From positions 248,001 through 312,000 of the forward strand of contig UYFQ01000506.1 in NCBI GenBank assembly GCA_900617105.1: a DNA stretch of 64,000 nt. Reading direction: 5' to 3'. The notes beneath the pieces are model-generated. The model did not search any database, was not told the origin of the DNA, and saw only the letters and a program-made list of their open reading frames with translations. Below, one piece after another: positions 11,828-22,955 of this stretch. The position numbers and the translations under genes are program-made. The first letter of the stretch is position 1, and each line of letters begins with the position of its first letter. Source of the stretch: Hydrurus foetidus. Lineage: Eukaryota.

Positions 11828-12548
11828 CTAGTTGGGCGCGTCGAAGCCGATCATGTTACGCCTTATGGTCGAAGTGATCCTTTTTACCTCCCCACTGAGG
11901 CCGTTGATCTCGTTGGCTATCAAAGCAAAGCTCGTCCGGACTCGCCTGAGCGGGCAGCCTGGATCGTCGCGTTGATCGAGATCATGTAGACGGAGCTGTT
12001 GAGGCGATCCAAGTCCGCCAGCCAACCCGTTAGCCTAGCTTTGCCCTCTTCGGACACGCGCGACAGTTCGGCCGTAAACTGCTCGACCAACGCATTCATC
12101 CGCTCAAGCAACGTGATCGAGACGAATTCGGACAGTTCGAAAAGTGCCGGGTCCTCGCCCCCACGCGCCCGCATGGCGTGGATTAGCAAGGCGCAATCCC
12201 TGGATAAGCGGCCAGCGGTTTCATCGAACACCGCACGGTGGGGGCGAGGAACTGGCCAAGGTGGATGAAGAGCTCTTTTCCGATCGCAAAGACGCTTGGA
12301 TCGGTCGTGAAACCTCTTACCAAGGCGTCAAAGTCGTTCAGGGTCTGTTGCGCACGGTCGATCAGACTGGCTCGCGCCGAGCCTTCTCGCGACTGGGCGA
12401 GGGCCAGGAACATCACTGCCGGTGCGGGAAGAACCTGAGCCTGGCGCTGGTTGGTGAGATGTCCAAGAAGGCCCGCCATTCGGCACGACGTTCCTCTGAA
12501 AGTTCAGCGCTCGGCTGTGAACCCGCAGCTTCCTTGAGGCGGGGCCAT
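11828..12548 (-). CDS. Small soluble methyl-accepting chemotaxis-like protein; frameshifted
   Basis: MCP hairpin tip MISINATIQAARSGESGR..FALIANEINGLSGE at C-terminus; no transmembrane segment seen; start approximate (12548 or 12479). Confidence 0.7.
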
Positions 12549-12557
12549 ACTCAGATC

Positions 12558-13032
12558 CTAGTCGGGTACAAAGGCGAACGCGGCGTCGCGATCACTCTCG
12601 TAGTATTTGAAGGGCAGGAACTTCCCGCTCATGACGATCCGTACGCGGTCCCCTTGGGATCGACCTGGCGACCCAGATCGAGGTTGAAATCGATGGCAGA
12701 CATGATGCCGTCGCCAAATTCCTCCTCGATCAAGGCCTTCAAGCCGGTCCATTGACCATCAGCAGCTCATAGAAGCGATAGAGCAGCGGATCGGTGGGCG
12801 GCATCGGCGTCCCGCGGCAGGACCTCGCCGAGCATCTTGATCTCATCCGCATCGAGCGCGAGGAAGGTGCCAACCTTCACGGCCGCGTCTGGCCCCAGTC
12901 TCATCTGGCCCAGCAAGGCCCCGACGGTCAGCGCAGGCGAGAGCGGCAGGGCGTGGGCGTAGATGTCGCTCCATGTCAGGTCCCGCCGGCGCTTGATATC
13001 CAGATCTTTTCGGTCAGTCCGTCGCGCGTCAC
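12558..13032 (-). CDS. cynS: Cyanate hydratase (cyanase); frameshifted
   Basis: [56 protein letters not shown]. Confidence 0.92.
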
Positions 13033-13358
13033 GTGTCACCTGTTCTTATCGGGGCGGCCGCACGCCCAGCTCTGCCGGTTGCGGAACGTTCGGAGCGATG
13101 GCTGGCCGCCGGCGACGACCAAGCGTTGTGTGAGGCCAAGAGGAGCCTTGAAGCCTCGCTGATCGTGACGCTTTGCCGGAACCCATCGCCCAGTGCCTGG
13201 CAACTTCGATGGTTCGTTAGCCGCCGGAATAGGGTTATTCCGGAACACACCATTCAGAATTTGGGATGGCCGGCATTGCGGCCGGGCCTCCATCCTGCCG
13301 AACGCGCGGGGCCGGATCAGGGGCGGCGATGTTGGCTGAAAATCAGCGGGCGGAGCGG

Positions 13359-13640
13359 ATGACCAGCCTTGAAGATTGGCCAGGATTTGACGTCAGGCGA
13401 GCGCCGAGGCGGCCACTGGTCAGGCAGGTTCAAGCCGTGCTCGGATCCTTAGCCGGCCGGTTTGACTGTCGGGACGGTCAAGGCGCTCGATCTGGGGTGT
13501 GGCGCGGGTGAAATGCTCTCCGCCCTTGGGGAGCGGGCGGTGATTGGCCTGCTTCAAGTGTGGAAGCGCCTTTGGCAGCCAACGACCACGTCGCTCCCGG
13601 TAGCCCAACTGTTGCGCACAGTGAAAGACACTCTCTTTTC
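13359..13640 (+). pseudogene. Fragment of a class I SAM methyltransferase
   Basis: Isolated motif I ALDLGCGAG with no full-length ORF. Confidence 0.35.
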
Positions 13641-13932
13641 GCATATGTTATCGCGGCAGGAACAGCGGCCTATCTTCATTCCCGGCGCACAAGCCGAGCG
13701 AAGAGGTTGCAGGTGAAACGAGACGGCAGCGCCTAACCTGCAGTCTTTGTTGCATCAAACGTAAGGGGCCTGGCTGCGAGCACTTCAAGTAAAGTGTTGC
13801 GGTGAGGCAAGGCGCAGAATGTTCTGAAAACGCCTAGCCCGAACGATCAGATCTTTCTCCTCGGTGTCAGCGTCTGCGTGGCGGTCCTTTTGACTGTCTT
13901 CGCCAATCGCAGACTTCACGATGGAGATTACA

Positions 13933-14226
13933 ATGTCGATTAGCCGTTCGGCCTTCCTGGCCGGTGTGCTCGCTGTCGCCCTGACCCCGATGGTTGCCTC
14001 CGCAGCCGAGCGGCCTGCGCGTGAAAAGTGCTTTGGGGTTTCTCTCGCCGGACACAATGACTGTGCGGCAGGCCCCGGGACGTCATGTGCTGGGACCTCC
14101 AAGATCGACTATCAGGCCAATGCCTGGACGCTCGTTCCCAAGGGGACCTGCACTACGATGAAATCGCCGACCTCGGCGACGGGCCTTGGCCAACTCAGCG
14201 CCTTTACGGCTAAGCCGAAGGCATAG
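13933..14226 (+). CDS. bufA: DUF2282 bufferin-type RiPP precursor (signal peptide, 4 Cys)
   Basis: [43 protein letters not shown]; intact ORF with RBS GGAG. Confidence 0.92.
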   Translation: MSISRSAFLAGVLAVALTPMVASAAERPAREKCFGVSLAGHNDCAAGPGTSCAGTSKIDYQANAWTLVPKGTCTTMKSPTSATGLGQLSAFTAKPKA

Positions 14227-14230
14227 GCCT

Positions 14231-15108
14231 TTGTCTACTCCACCTGACATTCCGACGCGTTTGGGAATTCCCGTGCGCCGCGAGCGTTCGGCGGGCGGCG
14301 GGCTCTTGCCCGTCGCCGTGGGGCTTAACCTTCGGCGCGAGCACGCCACGGCGCTGCTTGAGGGCAGCGCCGAAGTCGGCTTTCTGGAGGTCCACGCAGA
14401 AAACTATATGGCCGCCGGCGACCGGCGCGGGCCTTGCTCGAGCGGCTCGCCGAGACCTATCCCATCTCCCTGCACGGGGTTGCACTCTCGCTCGGCGGAA
14501 ACGAGCCACCCGACCGCGCGCGCGAAGCCCTGAAGGCGCTGGTCGACTGGGTTCGGCCGGCGGCGGTTTCAGGCATCTGGCCTGGTCGTCACATGAAGGG
14601 TCTATTTCAACGACCTGCTGCCAATCGCCTATAGTCCTGCAGCGCTTAATCGGGTCGGCGATCATATCGAAGCCGTCCAGGATGTGCTGGGCCGCGCGAT
14701 CTTGCTGGAGAATCCAGCCCGGTACTATCACTTGGCCGGGGCGAGAGCTTGAAGAGACCGAGTTTCTTCAGCGCCTGACCGAACGCACCGGTTGCGGCCT
14801 GCTGCTGGACATCAACAATGTCTACGTCTCGGCCCAGAATCTCGGGTTCTCCGCAGCTCACTATCTTCACAACTTCCCGGTCGATCAGATCGGCGAAATT
14901 CACCTGCCGGCCATGAGGCGTACAGCTCGAGATGGACGGGAATGCTCGACAGCCATGGCGCAGTCGCCGATCCCGTCTGGGCGCTCTATGTCGACCTGAT
15001 GGCGCAGATTGGGGCGCGTCCGACGCTGATCGAGCGGGACAATGAGATCCCGCCCTTAGAGCTTACTGGCGGAGTTGCGGCACGCCCAGCGTCTGATGAG
15101 CCAAATAG
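14231..15108 (+). CDS. bufB: DUF692 multinuclear non-heme iron oxidase (MNIO); frameshifted
   Basis: [54 protein letters not shown]. Confidence 0.9.
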
Positions 15109-15117
15109 GTGCGGATC

Positions 15118-15802
15118 ATGTCTGAGATTGCGCACATTGCTCAAGCTGTGCTGGCGAGCAGACCGCTGACTCGGAGATCAGCCCAGCGTTCGAGATCTAC
15201 CGCAATAACTATCGGCAGGCGCTCCTGCGAGCTGGCGCAGAGCTTCCGGTCGTTGAGCAACTGGTGGGCGAGGGTTCTTCCGCGCGATGGCGCAGGATTA
15301 TTTGGAGCTCACGCCGCCTGCTTCGCGCCTTCTGCGCGACTATGGCGAGCTTTGCCGAATTCATCGGGCGTTTTGGGCCCGCCGCTCGGTTCCCTATCTG
15401 GCCGATGTCGCCAAACTTGAGTACGCGCTTGTTCAGGCCTTCTACGCCAGCGACAGGGCGATGACCCGGCCGGAAATCTCACTGCGCTTGGGGTCGAAAG
15501 CCTGCTGCGGTGGCGCGGCTCTACCCTGCTGATCCGTTCGCTCTATCAATTGTCTCCATCTGGCAAGCGCACAAGACCGGTGAAGACCTGGCGGGACTCG
15601 ACTGGCCGGAGAACAGCCTGATCGTGCGCGATGCGCACACGGTCGGGCCCATGCTCTGGACGACACCGAGGCTGCCGTAGCGGACGTGTTTCGAAACCCC
15701 CTCACTCGAGGCCCTCAGATCCCTGGGCCTGATGCAGCACCTGCTGCGGCCCAAGCCATTCGGCAGTTGCTCGACCTGCAAGCCCTCGGCCCTCCTCAAT
15801 GA
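15118..15802 (+). CDS. bufC: DUF2063 (HvfC/BufC-like) partner protein; frameshifted
   Basis: RFEIYRNN, FPVVEQLVGE, YLADVAKLEYALVQAFYA; lies between DUF692 and DoxX. Confidence 0.8.
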
Positions 15803-16282
15803 AAGCAAGATCGATGAACAATAACTCGCTTAGGCAAGAGAGCTTCCTCTCGAGGACCCTGCATCGCCTGGACACCACGCTTGGCCTCGTCCCGCCGAGC
15901 GTGCCGCGCCTGTTGCTGCGCTGGGGCCTAGCGGGTGTGTTCTGGACCTCTGCCCGCACCAAGGTTGGTCTGCTGACAGTCTCCGACAGTGCCAAGTTCC
16001 TCTTCGCCGAAGAATATCGACTGCCCTTGATCGACTCCGATCTGGCCGCTCATCGCCACCTATGCCGAGCATGCCTTTGCCCTGAGCCTCTTTGTGGGTT
16101 TGGCGACACGCGCTTCCGCCCTCAGGATCTTTGTGATGACCCTGGTCATCCAGCTCTTTGTCTACCCGGACGCCTTTCTGGGCGTACATCTGGGGTGGTT
16201 TGCGATGGCCGCAGCCATCCTGGTCCCAGGTCCGGGCGCGATTTCGGTCGATCACTTGTTGCGGACGCGCTTCGCCCGATGA
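15799..16282 (+). CDS. bufD: DoxX family membrane protein; frameshifted
   Basis: LLRWGLAGVFWTSARTKV, FLFAEEYRLPLI, MTLVIQLFVYPDA, GPGAISVDHL. Confidence 0.85.
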
Positions 16283-16820
16283 CCGGTCCCTTTATTAGCC
16301 GGCGTGCTGTGTTTGGACTTGCCGCCCTGGCCGGCGCCGGGGCGGCGGAGGCCCAGACGAACCGCAACAGTCTTGGTTCCCCGCCGCTCGTCCGCGGGTT
16401 TTCTGGGCGTGCCGCCGCGACTGGAAGTTCACTGATCGGCAGGGCCGGGAGAAGCAGGTCGCCGACTTTCGCGGCCGCGTCGTCCTCCTGAACCTGTGGC
16501 AGCCTGGTGTGGCCCTTGCCGCATAGAAATGCCGGTCTGGACCGACTGGCTGCTGTGTTTGCCTCCGACCTTGCGGTCCTTCCGGTCTCGTTCGACGGAC
16601 GTGGCTGGCTGGCGGTTGACGAGTTCTGGGAGATCGCTTCGCGCATTTGACGCCCTATCTGGCCAAGGACAACAAGCTCACCAAGAGCTACGGCCTTGGT
16701 TTCCCTCTCGGTTCTGATCGACCGAGGGGGCGCGAGGTGGCGCGGCTGCCGCGTGGGGCGGAGTGGGACCAGGGGCCTATCGGTCACTGGTCGCCAAGAC
16801 GGTGCTGGCGTGACGCTGAT
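16279..16820 (+). CDS. TlpA-family thioredoxin-like disulfide reductase; frameshifted
   Basis: Start overlaps DoxX stop; SRRAVFGL leader; ADFRGRVVLLNLW..WCGPCRIEMP; LIDR.GREVARL.GAEWD. Confidence 0.8.
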
Positions 16821-16890
16821 CTCAAGGTGCGGCCGAACGGGCCGCCATCAGGCAAGTTTCGATCTCTTTGGAGCCGTAAGATCTGAAGCC

Positions 16891-17777
16891 CTAGTTGAGC
16901 AGACGGTTGGCCCTTAGCCGGTCCACGGCAAGATCGACGAAGGCGCACCTTGGCTGAGGCCCGCCGACCCTCTGGGTGGACCACGTGATAGGCAACGCTC
17001 TTCCTCGTAGTCGGCCAGCACGATCTGCAGGTCGCCATCGCGCAGTTCTGCGCCGATTTGGTAGGATAGGATGCGAGTCAGCCCCACCCCGACCGAGCGG
17101 CATCGATAACAGCCGCAGTTGCTGTTACAGAAAAGGCGAGGCTCGACCATGGTCGAAACCTTGCGCTCGCGACCAAACCGCCACTCCTGGATTAGTCCAC
17201 GCGCTCGTCGCCGCGACAATCCGATGTCCAGCCAGATCCTGGGGTACGCTAGGAGCCCCATGTTGCTCGAAGTATTTCGGAGAACCGCAGATCACCCGCC
17301 GCACCTGGCCAACGCGAATGGCCGCAAGGCCGGAGTCGCTGAGGTGGCCGATGCGCAGGCCACATCGACGCCTTCTTCAACAAGATTGGTGACCCGGTCG
17401 AAACAGCGACTTTGCCAACGACCTGACTGTTCTGTTCCAGGTACTCCTGCAGGATTGGCATGACGTACATCTGTCCAAACAGCACGGAAGCGGTGACTGT
17501 CAGGCTGCCCTTGGCCTCGCTGTAAGCGCCGACGCCACGGCGTCGGCCTCTTCGATGTATGAGAGAATTTTGGCAGTCGTCAAAGTAGCGCTGGCCGACT
17601 TCGGTCAGGCGAACCACGCGCGTCGTGCGTGTAAATAGCCGAGCCCCAGCCCTTCCTCGAGAAGTGCCACAGCTCTCGTGACCGCCGGCGGACTCATATT
17701 CAGCTGTCGGCGGCTTCAGCAAATCCACCGCTTTCGGCGACTTTGACAAACACCTGCATAGCCTGGAGGCGTGCCAC
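16891..17777 (-). CDS. LysR-type transcriptional regulator; frameshifted
   Basis: RLQAMQVFVKVAESGGFAEAARQLNMSPPAVTR, LFTRTTRVVRLTEVG, LSYQIGAELRDG, SAKVR. Confidence 0.9.
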
Positions 17778-17879
17778 GTCTTAATTCTCCGCCGATCTGC
17801 TGGCGAAAGGTTTGCCCAGCAATTTCGCAAAGTCCATCTGGGGCCCCTCGACAGGTGTTCAGACGAGCCCGCATCCTTT

Positions 17880-18266
17880 GACTTAGTGCTGGGTTTTGAT
17901 CGGGGACGGAGTTCTGGCCAGGGCCACTGTGATCTCGAAACGCCAGTTCCAAAGCCCGAGCCTCGACAAGATCCAACTCTTCGCGGGTTAGTCCCATGCG
18001 TAGCGCGCGGGTCCTACTCGTAGCGATCGCGATCTCGCTGAAAGACCTCACGGCCAGGGCAAAGCCTATGGCTGCCGAGCATTTGACGTCGAAACTCCGG
18101 CCTGCCCACGCCGCATCGATTTCAGCGCCCGTCAAGCCTGCCGAGCGGGCCTCTTGCTCAAGTTTGTCTCTCGTTTCGCAACAGACGCAGCGTGCCAACA
18201 AGGCGAGAGCGCCGGCTGGGCGTCCAGGCTCGAGGACAGGCTAATCGCTTCGGGAAAGGCTCGCAT
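17880..18266 (-). CDS. AhpD/carboxymuconolactone decarboxylase-like short protein, possibly degenerate
   Basis: CVCC..EARSAGLTGAEIDAAWAGRSFDVKCSAAIGFA resembles the AhpD-family C-terminal half. Confidence 0.5.
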
Positions 18267-18443
18267 CAGATGGAATGACAAACCCGACGCCCCTTCAGGA
18301 TGCCCAATGTTGTAGGCATCCTGGGGCAGGCGTCCGCCGGACCAGATCCAGGAGGGCAGGCGGTGACCTCGCGCTCCCCATCGACCTTCCACGGGGGCAG
18401 GGGAAGGCCTGTCCGGTCCGGCAAGAGGCTGCCGCTAGGCCTA

Positions 18444-18977
18444 CTACAGGCTGTCGGGGTCTTGCTCATGATCTCGGGCCGGTTTTCCTCGGCCTGACGA
18501 GGTTACCCGAATGTCGCGGCTCCAGGCTGTGAAGACGTCCTGGTTTACGTTGAGATAGAGCTTCTTCTCGACGATCTTCCAGACCATCGGTCGCCGTCGA
18601 GCTTCTTTTCGAGGAGCCACGCCATGGCGCAGAAGCCGCCATGTTGCGGCATAGGTGGCCGGCTGGCCTTGAACTTCTTCGGCTCTCGGCCAGAAGTGAT
18701 AGGTGGCTCCGTCGAACAGCCGAAAGCGGGCGTGCCAGTCGGCTTACCGGCGCTGAAATAAACGACCGGATCATAGCCGCGCAGAGCCAGATTGGCAGTG
18801 TCGGTGTTGACGGCCGACGTCGAAGTGGGAACGATCGCGTGGGCCTGGGTCGGTGGGGCGGCGGCGTCATCAGGCTGACAGCGCCGATAATGGCGCGAGC
18901 GGCTTATAGGACATTGTGGTCTCCGGTTGCGTCGGCCGGCGTTGGGTGCCGAGCCCTCTGCAGAAATCGATGGGCAT
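18444..18977 (-). CDS. Secreted YHS-domain protein (copy 1); frameshifted
   Basis: LALRGYDPVVYF..GKP, PQHGGFCAMA, KKLDGD..WKIVEKKLYLNVN. Confidence 0.8.
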
Positions 18978-19373
18978 GGCGGTGTGCCTCTGAACCCGAC
19001 GCTAAGGTATGGGCGGCAAGGCAGGGAATAAGCATCGTTGCGCGCAATTGATTGTTTCATCTCGGGGCATCCGGCAGCCTCGCTGCGTCTTCCCTCGTGG
19101 CTTGTCGCGCACGGGGACCTGCTCCAAGTTTTGGGCTGGACTGGAAGGTGCAGGCCTTGGCTTTTATGACAGCCGTGATAAATGGACGAAATCTTTCGAC
19201 ATGACGATCATGACCGTTTCGCCTGCTGAAACTGATCGTACCAACAAGGCGGATTTATCTCAGATCCTGGTGTCTGGTTATTGCAGGGTTCTGGCCGTCG
19301 CGGTCGCGCCCTTTGGCTTTCCTCTCGGCCCTCCGAAGCGCGGCCGTGCACTCCGACGCAAAGGTAGACATCC

Positions 19374-19827
19374 ATGGCCCGCCCTCCGCTGCCGCCGTTT
19401 GATCGTGATGGCGCCGTCAAAAGTGAGGATGGCGGAAGATGGATGGAACTCCCGGAACCCGGACGCGTCTGGCCTATACTGAGGACAGCGTCTGGCGGAA
19501 CCGCGCCGAATTCCTGCAGGTCGGGCTGCTATCATCAGCTTCTTGACCGGCAAATGGCGCGCGGAGACCGAGTATCGGCTGATCAAGGAACTCTGGGCCT
19601 TCACCGACAACCGCATCGCCGTGCGCTTTGCCTACGAATGGCGGAGGACGGCCGGTCAGTGGTGGCGCTCGTGGCAACGAGGTGGGAGTTCGACGGCGAG
19701 GGCTGATGCGCCGGCGCGATCGCCAGCATCAACGATCTGGAGATCCGGGAGCAGGATCGGCTGTTCCGATGGCCGCAAGGCCGCGTCCTGAAATGACCAT
19801 CCAGGGCTATCTGATCTGGGTCTCTAG
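19374..19827 (+). CDS. DUF1348 / NTF2-like protein; frameshifted
   Basis: [50 protein letters not shown]. Confidence 0.88.
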
Positions 19828-19855
19828 TCCGCAGTAGCAATGGAGGAAGTGACCC

Positions 19856-20489
19856 ATGGGACATGAATTCATGGAGCTGGCTTTCGCGGGCGTCGTTGCC
19901 GCGCAGAGGCGCGGGGAGCGGACGTGCCCTGGGGTTTCGCCAGCCCGGCTACACGATGCTGGGTCGCCAGGGACGAGTTCATCCTCGAGCGCGATGAGTT
20001 CTGCCTCGCGGTCGGCGAGACCGGCTGGCCTATGTCCAGCGCGAGGTGGGGCGGCGGGTTTCAGCCCTGGACGACCCGCCAGCAGCTGTTTCCTGACTAT
20101 CGCGGAAACCGGCGGTACATCAGTCTCAGCAACATCGTGCGGATCGAAGGTTTGCCTCTTCCTGATGGATTACGAGCAGAAGGTTCGGTTGAAAATCTTT
20201 GGCCTGGCCTCGGTCAGCTCGGAGCAGCCTGAAGGTTATGTCGACGCCCTGGACGCGGCGCGCAGGCGTGTGGAGCGTTACTGGACCATCCGGGTTCAGG
20301 GCTTTGACTGAATTGTCCCCAGCACATTACCGCCGCTTCCCGGAGTCGCGTGTGCACGAGCTGGTGAAGTCGCTTAGCGACCGCATTGCTGGGCTAGAGG
20401 CTGAAGATCAACCTAAACGCCGGCTGATTGGCGGGACCGGGCGTCTAGGCCTCTTTGTCCGAGATATGAAGCTCAGCGATGCTGCTTAA
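19856..20489 (+). CDS. Pyridoxamine 5'-phosphate oxidase family FMN-binding protein; frameshifted
   Basis: FMELAF, VGETGWPYVQ.RGG..GF, DYRGNRRYISLSN, LFLMDY, FD.NCPQHIT. Confidence 0.8.
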
Positions 20490-20556
20490 ACTGGTCGAGC
20501 CGGCGTCCGTGATCGGTCAGCGGTGTCGGGGTGGGTCCGAAGACGCCTAGAGCGGA

Positions 20557-21419
20557 TCAAGCGGGCGCACAGAAATGGCTACGTGCGGCTTCCAAGAGGC
20601 GTTGAGGTTGGCAGATGTCAGCCGGCGTGAGGGAGACAGCGTTCACGGGCAACGTCTGAACCGTATCATCGACCAGTACAGGTACGAGAGCCTTCCAGCG
20701 ATAATGCCGTCGCGCACCTGGTAGGACAGCGCGCGAGTGATCCCAGACCGTCTTCCCGCTGCGCGATTGCGGCATCGGCACTATTGACCATCAGGCGTGG
20801 ATGCTGCGCACGATTTGCGGCCGCCTCAGTCGCCATTCGTTCAGTGGCATCGACGCTCTCACGCGACGATCATCGTGTTCGACGAGATCATCGGCGGTTT
20901 GCGGACGCCGCGAGTTCAAGTAACGGGCTGGCGACCAGCACGCGTGCGACGCGCCAGCTTCCTGGATATCAGGCTACTGTCGCCAGGGGCCGATCCGATC
21001 GCGAGATCACACCTTCATCAGCGAGATGGACGTAGCGGTCCGAGAGGGTCAGCCGGATATTCAGCGCCTTGTGCTGCGCAACGGCGTACTGACGATCGGA
21101 AGGATGTGCAGCGGCAAACGGATAGGCGCAGTGATACTGAGCTGGCCTCTTGGCTCGGCGTTGGCGCGCGCACGAGCGCTTCGGATGCCTCCAGATCGGC
21201 CAGGATCCGCTGGCAGCTCTCGAGATAGATCTCGCCCGTTCCGTCAAAGCGAACCGAGCGCGTGGTTCTATGAAGCAAGACGAGGCCAAGTCGGTTTTCG
21301 AGGTCGGCCACTGCCCGCGTGACCGCCGAGGGCGACAGGCGTAAGCGCCGCGCCGCTTCCGCGAAGCTCCCGTGTAAGGCCACAAGGACAAAGACTCTGG
21401 GGCCGTCAGATCGATCCAT
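20557..21419 (-). CDS. LysR-type transcriptional regulator; frameshifted
   Basis: VFVLVALHGSFAEAARRLRLSPSAVTRAVADLENRLGLVLLHRTTRSVR. Confidence 0.88.
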
Positions 21420-21426
21420 AGCGACC

Positions 21427-21443
21427 ATTGCGGCATGAGCAAT
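21427..21443. promoter_or_regulatory. LysR recognition box between divergent LysR and AhpD genes
   Basis: Perfect dyad ATTGC-N7-GCAAT directly upstream of the LysR start. Confidence 0.7.
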
Positions 21444-21537
21444 AAAGACTTGTCAAATTCCAGAATTATCGCGGAAGGGCATAACGCTACATCTCCTGCC
21501 AACGGCGGCGTCCGCCGCGTTTCAAATCAAGGAGCCA

Positions 21538-22082
21538 ATGTCTCGTATCGCCATTCCGGCCCGCGAAGCCGCCCCGCCGCTGCTCAACCGCTGCTCGACG
21601 CCGTTGAAAGCAACTGGGTGTCGTTCCCAACCTCTATCGTCTGCTGGCGCTGAGTCCTGCGACGCTGCAGGGCACGCTGAGCCTGGGTGGCGCGCTCGCC
21701 AAGACGCTGGACGTGAAGACCCGCGAGCGGATCGCCCTGGCGGTCGCGCAGGTCAACGCCTGCGACTACTGCCTGTCGGCGCACACCTATCTCGGCCTGA
21801 ACCTCGCCAAGATCGAGCCGATGAAATCGCCCTGAACCGTCGTGGTGCCTCGTCGGATCCGATGGCCAACGCCGCCGTGGCCTTCGCCGCTGAAGTCACG
21901 CGCTCGCGTGGACATGTCTCGGACGCCGATCTCGCCGCCGGTTCGTGCCGCCGGCTTCACCGATGCCCAAATCGTCGAGATTGTCGGCCGTCGTTGTCGA
22001 GAATGTTTTCACGAACTTCCTCAACAATGTCGCCGGGACCGAGATCGACTTCCCGGTCGTCCGCGCCGCCGATCTGGCCTGA
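21538..22082 (+). CDS. AhpD/CMD-family alkylhydroperoxidase-related protein; frameshifted
   Basis: MSRIAIP, RERIALAVAQVNACDYCLSAH (CxxC), RGHVSDADL, NFLNNVAGTEIDFP. Confidence 0.88.
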
Positions 22083-22955
22083 ACGGATCGGACATCCCAA
22101 GCCCTCCGGGCTTGTGGGATAACTTCCGAACCGAAAGCCAGGCTCCCTGCCTTTCAGACTGGACGACAGGCCAGGGCAGCCGCTGGACCGTGGGTCTGGC
22201 GGCTTTCATCGCAGCTGCCTTGCGTTGCACGGCTTGGAGGCGACGGTCTTATGCGGTCTCCCGCGGCACAGCCTTTCGAGTTGGAGCGGATGGTCCTTCG
22301 CTGAACGCCGTGCGAGATGAGTTGCTATGTGCTCCCAAGCTTGCGGTGCGAGTTCTATTCAGAAAGGGCGATTAGCGTCGTCCGGAGTCTATTCTCTATC
22401 CTGCAAGGCCGGACGGTTGGTTTGATCATGATTACTATGAGCCCAGCACATCACCGCTGACGATGAACTCATGGAGGCGCCTTTATTGCCTCGACACCGG
22501 GTGAGCGGGGCCTAGCGCCGGGCGCGCCCTGGCCAGCGCCGGCCTTCAAAGCGATCTGCCGGTTTCGTGTGCGAGTCACTGGAGGCCTATCAGCAAGCGT
22601 TCATTCCCCATATGGAGCGCCTACAGCGCGACATGCAGGCTAACCGACATCGAGCCAATTCCAGATCCAAGGTGAAGTCGTGTTGCGTCACCCAGAATAG
22701 TTATCGCGCCGCCGCCAAAGCGCTTGCGGCGCAACCAAGGCGGCTTGCCGCGACCAATGAAAACTGGCCGGTTCTCTCGATCTGACCTGCGCCTCACTGA
22801 ACTCGACCGCTTCATGGTCATTCCTCGTGGCCAATCCCACCAGGCGAGAAAATTCCACCTCCTAAGCTGGTCCAGTTTTGCAGGAACAGGTCATGGACGG
22901 TCGCCGTCCTCACTTCTTAAGCCAGTCGTAGGGGGAGGGGGAGCAAGCTTGATCG

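Noticed and set aside
13733..13764. SigF promoter for the bufferin locus (CTAACC...CGTAA)
   Set aside because: Spacer about 21 nt rather than 16, and a -35 mismatch
1826..22082. Mass pseudogenisation or programmed frameshifting
   Set aside because: Same indel pattern hits groEL, cobT and the helicase; no slippery-site logic; sequencing error is more parsimonious
22400..22800. Possible gene remnant (..YQQAFIPHMERLQRDM..)
   Set aside because: No recognisable motif or consistent frame
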